A stretch of 64,000 nucleotides of DNA from Lytechinus pictus (Eukaryota), in assembly GCF_037042905.1 (NCBI RefSeq), contig NC_087250.1:16556001-16620000 (forward strand). Reading direction: 5' to 3'. Under the pieces are notes generated by a model. The model was given only the letters and a program-made list of their open reading frames with translations, made no database searches and was not told the DNA's origin. Position 1 is the first letter of the stretch, and every line of letters starts with the position of its first letter. Positions 53,421 to 64,000 of the stretch are shown piece by piece. Made by a program: the position numbers and the translations under genes.

Positions 53421-56400
53421 GTATATATATATTATATATTTATTTATGTATGTATATTTCAATACTTTAATTTTACGCCCGATAAAATGTAAAAACTTGA
53501 TATGAAATTGACATCGCTTGGAAGTATTGTGCTTTGATGACATGTCTCATCTTTAAATTTGCAAATTCGCAAAAATGTAATAAGGTATAATTTATACAAT
53601 ATTGACAAAATAAAATGCAAAATAGTGACTGACGCCATTGTCTCTCTAATTGCCGTATGTCTTTGTGGTTTTTAATGAACGTTTGGTTAATTTTGTGAAA
53701 AAATGCGAAACTTAAAGATGTCATTCCTCATTTTACATCCGATTCAGATACTTTTGCATAATACATGCATTATTTATTATAATCATTGGATCATTTTCGT
53801 TTGATTGAAATCAATCAGCTAATTGTTCCGGATGGCTTCCCTTTTAATCGTCTGATTTAGGTGGAGAAATGCTAAATTCAACACGTCTTTTGCTTTTTTC
53901 TTGGGGGGGGGGGGCTTTTTAGTTATGATAACCGAAAATCGCTTGTGTAGTCATTTATAGAAATCAGCAGGAATAACGACAATTTACTTCATGTCAATTA
54001 ACTTTTTTATAATTTTTGCAATATAAACATGAAAATGAATAATAATGTAGCATTTGCTTTTCAATTTGACATTTAAAATAAAGGTTAAACAGGAAGGTAA
54101 ATATCAAGTAAATTAATGGATTTTGCGAAAGTTGTAAAAAAAATCTATATTGTAAAAAATATATATACAAACTATGCCTTGAAATAGAATGTACAAAACA
54201 ATACCTTGTAATAAACGTTCTTGTTGACCGGTGCGCCTTGGTCTATGACGGCATCCATGTTCCTATGGTCGATGAGGAGAATGCCACCAGGTTTCAACAT
54301 TGATTTGAAATTTTTGAAACTCTGACGATAGAGGGCCAGTTCTGGTGTTTTGTCGATGAGACAGATAATGGAACTTGAAACACACAACACTGCATCAAAT
54401 GTTCCAAGCCCGTGGAGATCGTCTCTTAGAGATAACCAATTAGCTGGTAATATTTCTGTAAAACGGAATAAAATATCATACAGTGGAATGCTAAAATTAG
54501 CATTCATAAGTAATCGCATTTCAAAAGTTGGAGAAAACCGGGGAAATCCCAACGAGCATGACAAGGGTAACCACCCGGGAAAAGCCTGTCCGGTACAATT
54601 GAGAATGGTATTGCCCTGACGTTACCATGTAGTACATGTAGTAAAAGCTGTTGTATAAATTATTGCTAGAGGCGCGAAGAATTGCAATTAATTTTTCTTT
54701 TATTTAATTGATTTCGTCTGTACTTTCGCCTTGCTCTGCACCCTCTATCAATCGTGACTGTGGTTTAAATGCAAAGGCAGCTAAATCACCTGATTTATGG
54801 TGAAATGTCGAAAAGGACAATATATATATATATATATATATATATGAGAAAGTATACCTGTACAACAGCTTTGGAATGAAGAGAACAATGGTAGGCGTAG
54901 CTTTAATCAAGATACCCCAGAGCTATCTGCCCTTTGGAAAAATTGGTGATGCCGAAAAATGTATCTGACGGGAACGGAACCAGGGCCCCCAGCTTTGAAC
55001 ACCGGTGCCCTAACCACTTGACCACAGAGACGGGTTAGTGGCTTAGGCGACCCAGATCCAATTGACCGTCAAATAAACAGATTTTTTATACCACCAATTA
55101 AATTTCCTTTATCGGGTGTAGGTGAGCTTTGAAAAATGACAGGCCGCCATGCCTCAGCTGGATCAAAGCTATTGCTCCGATTCAGTACATTTATGCGACA
55201 AATTAAACAAAAGTGAGAAATTATACATGGACAACAGCTTTAGCAACTCTTGTGATTAAATAAGTTGTGAAAGAAATGAATGAAGAGAACAATGATAGGT
55301 GTAGCTTAAATCAACGGTCCCCAGAGCTATCTGCCCTTTGTGAAAATTGTTGATGCCGAAAATTTATCTAACGGGAATCGAACCCGGGCCCCAGCTTTGA
55401 ACGCCGGTGCCTTAACCACTAGATCAAAGAGACGGGTTGGTGGCTAGGGCGACCCCGATCCGATTGAACGTTAGATAAACGGAATTTCGATACCACCAAT
55501 TAAATTTCCTTTGTAGGTGAGTAAGTGATTTTTTAACAATGACAAACCGCCAAACTTCAACTGGATCAAAGCTATTTTTAGATACAGTGCATGTATGAGA
55601 CAAAGTTAAATAAACACGAGAACGCTGCCTCATGCAGTACCAGGGGGAAATCCTCAGATGTTTTCACCAGTTACTGGGAGTTTCTTTCGGCCCTTTATAA
55701 ACAATACTCCCTCTTGGTGATGAGTCAACAGAGCAAATCACCACCTTCCCCACTGGTAACAGAAAAAAAGGAAGGAAAAAAGAAAGAAAAACGAAAAGAA
55801 AAAGTTGCTCAATTGCTGGTTACCCTCTTCCTTCGGACATACTTGGTCCAAATCCAAGCAGAACCCTTCTCTGCAGCCTTAGAAGCAGCCCTATGCAAGC
55901 AAGCTTATTTTCTCTATTTGAGAGCCATTGCTTTGAATACAGTACAATTGTATGGGACCTTTTATACAAATGTGAGAAATTATACCTCGACAACATCTTT
56001 GGCAACTCTTGTATTCAAATATGTTGTTAAAGAAATTAATGAAGAGAACAAGCTTCCTAAGAGCTATCTGCCCTTTTTGGAAAAAAAAATTGATGTCGAA
56101 AATAAATGCCACTGCCGGGAATCGATGAAATTTACTCTGATGATTTCCCAGTGCCTTTTGGCGTCCCACAAGGATCACAATTGGGTCCCGTGTTATTTAC
56201 AATGTACACTGCCGATCTCATTTCAAAGGTTCAGACGGGCTTTCCTTAGATATCTAGTCACTGTTATGCTGATGACAAACATCTCTAGAAAATAGCATTT
56301 AACAATCTTGCTAATTGTATACAAAGCACTTCTTGGTAAAGCTCCCGGTTACAATACAGATTCATTGATGTAAAAATAACAGTAATCATGGTTGCAATTT

Positions 56401-58905
56401 GCGCAGTTCAACGAATCATCTGCCTTTACAGATCCCATCATTCAAAACTAAAGTAACTCAAGGTGATCGAAAATTTGCTTGTGTATCCCCAAAGCTCTGG
56501 AATAGCTTACCCCTGGAAGTTAGGAAAGCACCACCCGTAAACAATTTTAAATCGAACTCAAAAGACATGGATTTAATTAATAACAAGCATTTTAGGAGAC
56601 CTAAAAGCGCACTATAATATATTCTTTGGTGAATAGTTTCTGCACTCTTTAAAATGGGTATATTATTATTATGTTTATAATACCAGGCTCTCTTCTACAA
56701 ACTGACATGGACTGAAATCTACAAATGTATCAGGCTGTGAAAGCCTGATACATATCACACGTTCTTCCGGGGTTATTACTATTGTATTCCTGACAAGAAT
56801 GTCAACCATTATACTTACCCCAGTTTTCAATTTGTTTCTCCTGTTTTACTTGTCTTGCGTAGTTAACCATTTGCTGGGAGTCATCCGAACTAGTGACATG
56901 GAAGCCTTTCTCCAAGAGCAATAATGAATCCCCACTAACAGTGTAAAGTAGAAAAAATGGCATTCGTTTTTGAAAATTATTGAGATCAATCTCAGCGTTA
57001 GTCGAAAAATCATTTACACTCTAAAATAGAATAATGATTAAATTAAATCTATATCGGCCTATTGATAAAGAATAGCCGAACATTCGGTTTGATTTTGAGC
57101 CTAAGGATTTATTTAATATGAAACTCGAAATATGGATTTTTTTTATATCGCTTTCAAACTAAACATGGTTTTAAACTCAAATCCACAATGCCAAGTCTAA
57201 ATATTATGTTCGACTGTTCATTATTTACAACCGATCGGGATTAATTGTTATATCCTTAAAAGTAATAGTGTTTTAAAAAATAAATGAGTGATCATAGGGT
57301 TAGAAAATACTTATATAGAAATTTAAGAGACACAGAGTCACAGACCTTAGGTCATGATCACTTGGATTGAGAGAGTCCACATGAGTGAACGAAAGCTCGC
57401 CCCAAAAACGAAATTAAGGTTGGTAGAAGTGAAACTTAACACTATTTCAATTTTAAATACTATATACTTGTACCCTATGAAACTAGAGAAGAAACAGATC
57501 ATGATAAAACTTTAAACGCATTTATCCCCAAAATCGTTCTTTTTACTGAAATCGCTTCCAAGCCGGTTCGTACAATCGCTGACGATATAAAGAGCAGTGA
57601 CCCAACAAGAATTTGTCCTTGCTTTTGGTATTAAAAGTCCATCAGTTATTGCAGCTCTGGTTCTGTAGCCATGAATAGAATTCGCTTTGTCAAATAAATT
57701 GGTCAGTTATTTTGGTGCCTGTCCATTTATAGCTCTGTATACCAACTTACATCTTTGCATTTTCCACCGATTTTCAATTGATGTCCAGTTCAACTGACTG
57801 AAAACATAATCTGTGGAAGTACGTGTACCAATTTCAAGGACAATTCGTGCCATTCTTTTATGTTGTTTCACAAGCGACTCTTTGGTCGTAATTGCACAAT
57901 TTGACCAAGCAGTGTATTGTTTTCCATCATGATGAATAAATATTATGAATTGAACATTTTTATCGGTACGACCCTGCGAAAGAATAGTTTGCATATTGAG
58001 GTATATGAAATTTGCATTGATATGGACAGAGTAATAAAGGTTTATTCCTATAATTTGAGGCTCCTTGTTTATTCCACGTAATTATTCCATAATTGGAATA
58101 TTTGGATGCTAAAATAAGGCTGTGTAAATTTTGATGAAAAGGACATGTATATCAATTTAGCCTCGTAATGGTATGCCCTTAATATCCCGTTGCCCGTAAG
58201 ATTTTCACGGAAATTCAGGTGACCATTTGAACCATGCAGAGCAACTTCGTAGCCAGGATTTACTTTTGGATGGGGCGGTAAGTGTCATTTACAGAGCGGG
58301 CGAAGTGTGCTTCCTAGGGGGGGGGGGGAGTTTTTGATATCTCATTAAATTCAAATAAAAAGAAGACGTCTCTTACGTCTTTAGTATACCCTTATTAACT
58401 CGGATTCGATTGACTTGCTGTGACTATTTTTTTTCGAAACTAATTACGATTGAGGAATTTGAAGTATAATTCATTTGACCGCGGGGGGGGGGGGCGTTTG
58501 GAGGGGGCGACCGCCCCTACCGCCCCCCCCCCCTGGCTACGAGCCTGATGCAGAGACCATTAAAAAAAAAACTTTCCTCAACATTTCACTTTATACTCAA
58601 AGTACATAACCTGGGTGTGTATGTGACCAAGTTCATGACAGGTATTAGATATATTGCTCGATCAATGGATTGAATGTTATATAAAAGCAGACAATCATTA
58701 TTACACAAGATTTAAATAAAAATCATTTTACTCACCCAGTGCCGCAAGCAGCCTCTAAGATACGGTGACATTGATAACTTTCTAGTTGCTCTAACAGCCA
58801 CCTTTTAAATCTTTCTGACCGTTCATATTTTACGCCAAATTTTATCACAATATCTTTTTCTTCAAATGGGTTGGAAAAAATTGAACATGTTGAAGAACCC
58901 GGCAT
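45363..58905 (-). CDS. GNMT-like: GNMT-like gene B, 5 coding exons, 278 aa: join(58736..58905,56819..56934,54205..54455,52585..52721,45363..45525)
   Basis: AAAC-ATG start. Motifs ERS.RFKRWL, ILEAACGTG, GDS, ANWLSL, FDAVLCV, KPGGILLIDHRN, NVYYK. Same intron positions and phases as gene A. Exon sizes 170/116/251/137/163 sum to 837 nt. Confidence 0.9.
46560..49045. mobile_element. Large foldback element in gene B intron 4 with nested MITEs (about 46852-47030 and 48425-48748)
   Basis: 46565-47160 is inverted-repeated at about 48345-49045 once the nested inserts are removed. Confidence 0.7.
49300..49720 (+). mobile_element. Interspersed repeat with (GGC)n, possibly Helentron-associated; opposite-strand relative at about 26400-26775
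   Basis: Shared end motif CCTGCATA.CAGAG.GAGACT...CGGCGGCGGCG. Confidence 0.45.
50200..51965. repeat. Repeat family built on GCTCGCGCTTCGCGCTCGC units; also at about 33400-33800 and 62810-64000
   Basis: The motif recurs about every 110-130 bp. Confidence 0.75.
52585..52721 (-). CDS. GNMT-like: GNMT-like gene B exon 4
   Basis: CCGCAG| HDTIANMESQLVTNGGNPFAANISYDMIQEHSDRQDSLPSKGIVE(R) |GTAAGG; 137 nt, phase 0 to 2. Confidence 0.85.
54205..54455 (-). CDS. GNMT-like: GNMT-like gene B exon 3
   Basis: TTTACAG| (E)ILPANWLSL...FDAVLCVSSSIICL...KPGGILLIDHRNMD...NVYYK |GTATTG; 251 nt. Confidence 0.92.
54860..56125 (-). repeat. Tandem repeat (about 405 bp, two units plus a partial third) carrying a tRNA-like module
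   Basis: GAAGAGAACAA...AGAGCTATCTGCCCTTT repeated. On the minus strand there is an A box (T.GTCTAGTGG-like) and a B box GGTTCGATTCC. Confidence 0.7.
56150..56630 (+). mobile_element. L2-like LINE fragment
   Basis: FGVPQGSQLGP, HCYADD, GDRKFACVSPKLWNSLP. Confidence 0.7.
56819..56934 (-). CDS. GNMT-like: GNMT-like gene B exon 2
   Basis: TGTTAG| (G)GDSLLLLEKGFHVTSSDDSQQMVNYARQVKQEKQIENW |GTAAGT; 116 nt, same length as gene A exon 2. Confidence 0.9.
57560..57960 (-). mobile_element. LINE 3' fragment
   Basis: KRMARIVL...VFSQLNWTSIENRW...LVYRAINGQAP. Confidence 0.6.
58736..58905 (-). CDS. GNMT-like: GNMT-like gene B exon 1
   Basis: MPGSSTCSIFSNPFEEKDIVIKFGVKYERSERFKRWLLEQLESYQCHRILEAACGT(G) |GTGAGT. 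Not in the ORF track. Confidence 0.9.
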
Positions 58906-58934
58906 GTTTACTTAGCGGTTGATTTTAGTAGACG

Positions 58935-58970
58935 CAAATTATATATATATATTATTATTATTATAATTCT
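58935..58970 (-). promoter_or_regulatory. Candidate TATA-like core promoter of gene B
   Basis: AT run (TATATATATAAT on the minus strand) about 35-45 nt upstream of the ATG at 58905. Position only. Confidence 0.3.
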
Positions 58971-61434
58971 ATACACAAGGCAGACCGGTGGGGAAGAATG
59001 TTAACCTATTGCCCGCTTCGTTCGACTAAACATGCTAAATAAAGGTGCGTTGGACTGCCAACTTCGACTCAAGTGATAGTTGCGACCTATCCCCGACCTT
59101 TCGATGGAGAACACGAACGCTTATTTACGACGGTACTTGATTTTGGAAGAGACTTTTGGGCCCGTCGTCATGTTGGTAAAACTCTGTCCTGGAATGCAAA
59201 TTGTGTGACATGAGATTTTTTTTTCGTTTCGCATCTGGAACGGAAACATTCAATATGCGTTTCGTGTGCAAAACTCTGGTTGCTACTATGGTAACAGCGA
59301 TATATCCGATTTAGGACGACTTTCCAGAGCCACATTTGGTTCCTCCCAGAGCTCGAGAGGCCGCCCGGGGGCCCACTTCCATTGAAGAGTGGATAGCAGG
59401 CGCGACCACGCGTAAAAAGGGAAAGAGTGGGCAAGTACGTTATGTATAGGCCTATGTAACGTTATAAGGGTGTCAAAAACGATGTTTAAAATACTGAAAA
59501 GGGGGATATATTTCCAATACTTGTAGGGTTTCACAAGCTAAATACTTGTTAAGAGATGCATTTTCATAATCTGGAAAAGACTTGCTTCCCTTGTTTAGGG
59601 TGCTTTTCGAAACCCCATGGTCGCGCCTGGTGTCCACTCATCAATGGAAGTGGTCCCCCGGGAATTTGAATCCAATCCCCCATTTCTGGGGAAAGTAAAA
59701 CATAATGCCCATTATATTGTGTGCTAGAGGCATATCGTTTGTGTAGGAGTATATATAGGCAAAAGAAAAAAACCCCGCAAATTCGACTGTTATTCAGACG
59801 TTTACGCCTATTGTCTATGCCGTGTACATATCAACGCATGCGAAATGGTTTCGGCTGGAGAGGTGATCTGACCCATGGAATAAATTGCCAGTGATCCACC
59901 AATAATCCACATCAAATGCAATATCGATTCGATGGACTGTAATGATCTATATCTAAGCCTTAATTCAGTAACTTTTCCATCACTCAATATGTACTCGATT
60001 TGTTTGAAAAACCACTTTCTTATCCATGTTATAATCTATTGTAGGCCCTGCATTTCGAATATCTCCAGCCAGCTGTCATAGTAGAGGCTCGCCGCCGGCT
60101 CAGGGGGCATATACATGTACGATGATGACCATCAGTCGTAATGTACATGCATGTATGGTGCGGGTGTCGCGTGAAATAATTTTGCACACGAAAAGCAGAT
60201 CTATGGGGCCTGTAACAAAAAGCTTAGCAATGATTGTAGAGCAATTTCCTACGTTTGATAATATTGACTATAATGTACAATCACTCTTAAAATCAAGTGT
60301 ATGATTAATCGTTAACTTTTGTGTTAGGGGACCCTAATGTTACCGTCCCTGAGGTTTGCGAAAGGTGGCTGATCATCTCAGCGACGCGGACATTAATGTA
60401 CATCGCAGAAGAATCGCATATAGCCACTTGAAAATTTAGACGAAGCGGACGGCCTGGCATGGTGGCATCCTGATATGGGGTTGCATTCTGCACATTATAC
60501 ATGTAGGTCCCGGGATGTAGGTGCTAATTTGGGGAAGAGCACCATAACGTATCCCCACTAAAATTGAAAATAAAACATGGAGAAGGTTCACAATGATATA
60601 TCCAGCCCTAATATAGAACATATATGATGGACGAGTGGAAATAAATACAAAAATGTGGCTTTATTCCTTGCGTGTAATTGTCCATAGACATCCGTTCATT
60701 TGGTCAATAAATGACCATGACCTGTAAGTCTAGACTCGTCGAAGTCTTGGCACATATTCACTAAAAACCCCTTCTGGTATCAGCGCTTCTCGCTAGCATA
60801 GTGGGAAGAGGTCTTGACTGCAATTACAATGAGGTGAGTTTGAGTCATAAGGTCCCAAACAAGGTAACCCACACTTTAAATCCATCGAAAAAAATCTGAA
60901 GTGAACAAACCGGAAATGTCAGCAATTTTTTTGTTATTTTTGGAGCGGGTACACATGGCAATATGTCCCTTATTTGCAACTTTCCAAAAAGCTACATGTA
61001 GTTGCAACTTAAAGGTGCGCCCAGTGCATGGGCGGAAATCCCAGGGGGGACAGGGGGGACGTGTCCCACCTACTCAAAATAGTAGGGGGGACACAATATC
61101 AAATGTCCCCCCTACTATTTTTGGTCTTTTATGATGGTAAGAAATACATCATTCTAAATCGAAATAAAACATGTATTTTGGGACGAGATATGACCTTACT
61201 TTGGCGATGATAAATTTTTTTTTGCTTGTCAAATTTTCCCGCCCCTTGTCCCCATAGGCGGATCCAGGGGCCGAGGAGCCCGCCCCCCCCCCCCCCTCTT
61301 GGCGGAGCAAAAAACGAAAAAAAGGTAAGAAAGAAGGAAAAAAGGAGGGAAAAGAGAGGAGAAAAGGAAGAGAAGGACGACGAGTGCATAAAATAAGATG
61401 AGGGGAAGACTTGGAAAATAAAAATAATCTTTCG

Positions 61435-62807
61435 TAGTGCGTATCAAAAAAAAACGGGACAGATTTGAAAAGTCTATAAAATTTTAGTTTCAAATAATGA
61501 TGTCTATAATTTGGTGTCAATAGATGCTCTAAGGTCTTATCTTTGAAATGCAATTTAAAAAAATAAATTTTATTCATGCTTGACCGAACACGGGACGTTT
61601 TTGTTGGGGGTTCAAAAAGAGGCTTGCGCCAGAATTGCAGAATATGTGCATGTAATACAATGATCAGACTTCTTGCTAATCAGGAGACTTCCTCTTGACC
61701 TTTTCATTATCTGTGCCACAATTTTCGAATTATGTTGTCAAATTTCATTTACAAAGTTATTTATTTAATTGAATTATTTTGTTTTTTCATTTAAACTTCT
61801 CTTACCTTTTAATTTTCCTTCATAAGTAACTGAGAAAAGAAGATTTTTTTTGTTAACCCAAGCAAGAAGATTTGAATTATTAATTGGGAAAACTTGTGAT
61901 TATTCAAATCGTTTTATTATGTGAAACAAATTATGTTATGTACCTTTAAAAGACATGAATCTATTTTTCAATGGGTCATTAATTCGTTGACCAAGTTTAA
62001 TTGCTTGACAGGAAACACAGGAAGGGATTCATGTCTTTCAATGACAATGGTGTATTGAGTCAATTTTGAAGGAGCTAGATATGGCAGATCGGGTAAAATG
62101 TATTAAAAAGTTGTGAGCGAGCGAAGTGAGCACGCAAATATTCCCACTTTTTTAATTACAATATCAAATTTTGTGATAGATTTTGACATAATATTCAGCA
62201 AATAATATCATATTTTACTTTCTATCTTTCCTTTTATTTTCTGTCCACTTTTTTTCTTGGTCATGATTTTTTTTAATTGAGGGGGGGGGGGAGCAACCCC
62301 AGAGCGCCCACCCATCTGTGTGGCTTTGTTCAAAAGGCACTATAACCTTTGTAGCACATAATGAAAGGATTTGAATAAAAAATCCATGCTCTCCCATAAT
62401 TCGGTTGAAAAAAATAATTTAAGCTTGAAGAAGGAATATTCAAAGCTAACAGAGAGCATATTAAAAAGAAATAACAGAATAATTCAATCAAATAAATAGA
62501 TCTGAAAATGAATTTTGACCGCATGATTTGAAAATTATGGCAAAGATAATGAAAAGGTCAAGAGGAAGTCTGCTAATTAGCAAGAAGTCCGATCATCATA
62601 TTCTGCAATTCTGGCGCAAGCCTCTTTTTGAACCCCCAACAAAAACGTCCCGTGTTCGCTCAAGCATGAACAAAACTAAATTTTTTTAATAGCATTTGAA
62701 AGACAAGACCTTAGAGCACCGATTAACACCAAAATATAGACATAATAATTTGAAACTAAAATTTTATAGACTTTTCAAATCTGTCCCGTTTTTTTTTATA
62801 CGCACTG
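61435..62807. mobile_element. Tc1/mariner-type element with TIRs of about 270 bp
   Basis: AGTGCGTATCAAAAAAAAACGGGACAG... inverted at 62550-62807, ending CGCACTG|TA. Confidence 0.8.
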
Positions 62808-64000
62808 TATAACATTTTCGCTCGCGCTTCGCGCTCGCATTGCCTGTTAGGTGATTTACATATCTTGTTCAATATGGAGTTCGAATATCAAGTTTGGAAG
62901 TCAATATACAAAACATATTTCACTTTGGAAATCGAACTTTCATTATTTTGTGTAATTTACAAATAGGTTTTTAAAAAGTGCTCTGTAAAAATGTCAGTGT
63001 TATGGTCTGAATGTTAACATTTGCTGCTTGCGCTGCGCGCTGTCGCAAATTTCGATTTATCAGGTACCTATTATTTTTGTGTATTCCATAAAGTTTTTAA
63101 AATATCCCTTTTCAGGTCTGATTGTCAAGACGTATCAGCTAGCGCGCTGCACGCTCGCATTTTTTGGCGAGTTATATAAATGTTTCAATATTGACTATAC
63201 AACAAACTACTTAAAATCCCCTTTTCATGACAGTTTATCAAAAATTTTAGCTCGCGATTTGCGCTCGCATTAATGGTTAAAAATATATTAACTGATGCAT
63301 CCTATTCATAATCACAAAAAAGAAATTTCAAATTTTTATGCCATGATATCATCAGATTTCGCGCCCTCATAAGGCATTAATAAATATGATATTAATTCAA
63401 TAACTAAATTGTCCCTTTTGTTTCATCTCGCGCTTAGAAAGAGGAATAGGAAGATAGTCATCCTTTTCATATGATGACATGTCGTAAGAATGTCCCTGTC
63501 CTATGTCAAAACTCAAAGTAATAATAATATCAGCTCTTTTTTATAAAGTGCGATACATATCCACCTTACCATTTTTCTACAAAGGGCTTGAAATATAAAG
63601 TTGAAATTTACTCTTTTTTCAGATCGGAATATCAAAGTTTCATGATTTTCATGATTAAAGTTGTATTTTGAATGCCTAGATTCTAGGTCTAAATATGAAA
63701 CACGCTCGCGCATGTTTATTTCAGATATTCAACTTGTTCTCTAATTTAAAACATTATCCAGTTTCAGATCACAATATCAAAAATTTTCTGCTCGCGCTTT
63801 GTGCTCGCATTATTATTGTAGAAAGACCCCATATTACTCATCATTTTGATGATTTACAAAACATGAACAGATTGGCCCATTTTTAGGTCTAAATCTCGAA
63901 AAAAAAAATCTGCTCGCGCTTCGCGCACGCAGCAATCGTTAAATTATATAGCTATCCTGTTCACGATTACAAAAACTGATTAAAATTTTCCAGTCTTTCT

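Noticed and set aside
55591..56295. Longest ORF in the track (234 aa)
   Set aside because: Runs through low-complexity sequence, a tandem repeat unit and an out-of-frame LINE fragment; antisense in a gene B intron; no recognisable domain.

Overview
AT-rich, repeat-dense animal genomic DNA. The repeat families look echinoderm (sea-urchin-like), but that is an inference. Most of the ORF track is noise, and the genes only appear after splicing by hand. (1) There are two complete, divergent glycine N-methyltransferase (GNMT)-family genes in tandem on the minus strand. Gene B is join(58905-58736, 56934-56819, 54455-54205, 52721-52585, 45525-45363), 278 aa. Gene A is join(28446 or 28410-28262, 21196-21081, 20466-20216, 17920-17799, 15430-15256), about 282 aa. 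All introns are GT-AG and phase-compatible. (2) Two orphan GNMT-like exons are also present: an intact terminal exon at 37228-37396 (-) and a splice-dead first exon at 12036-12181 (+). (3) Three phase-compatible plus-strand exons (about 2657-2766, 3440-3585, 5431-5547) encode the N-terminus of a PLP class-V enzyme of the Egt2 hercynylcysteine-sulfoxide lyase / cysteine desulfhydrase / isopenicillin-N epimerase group. I did not find its remaining exons. The C-S-lyase-like gene beside amino-acid N-methyltransferase paralogs with remodelled substrate pockets is the most interesting signal. It is a candidate small-molecule (e.g. thiohistidine/ovothiol) locus, offered as a hypothesis only. The rest is MITEs, LINE/Penelope fragments, tRNA-derived SINEs and a non-autonomous Transib family whose ends resemble V(D)J RSSs.
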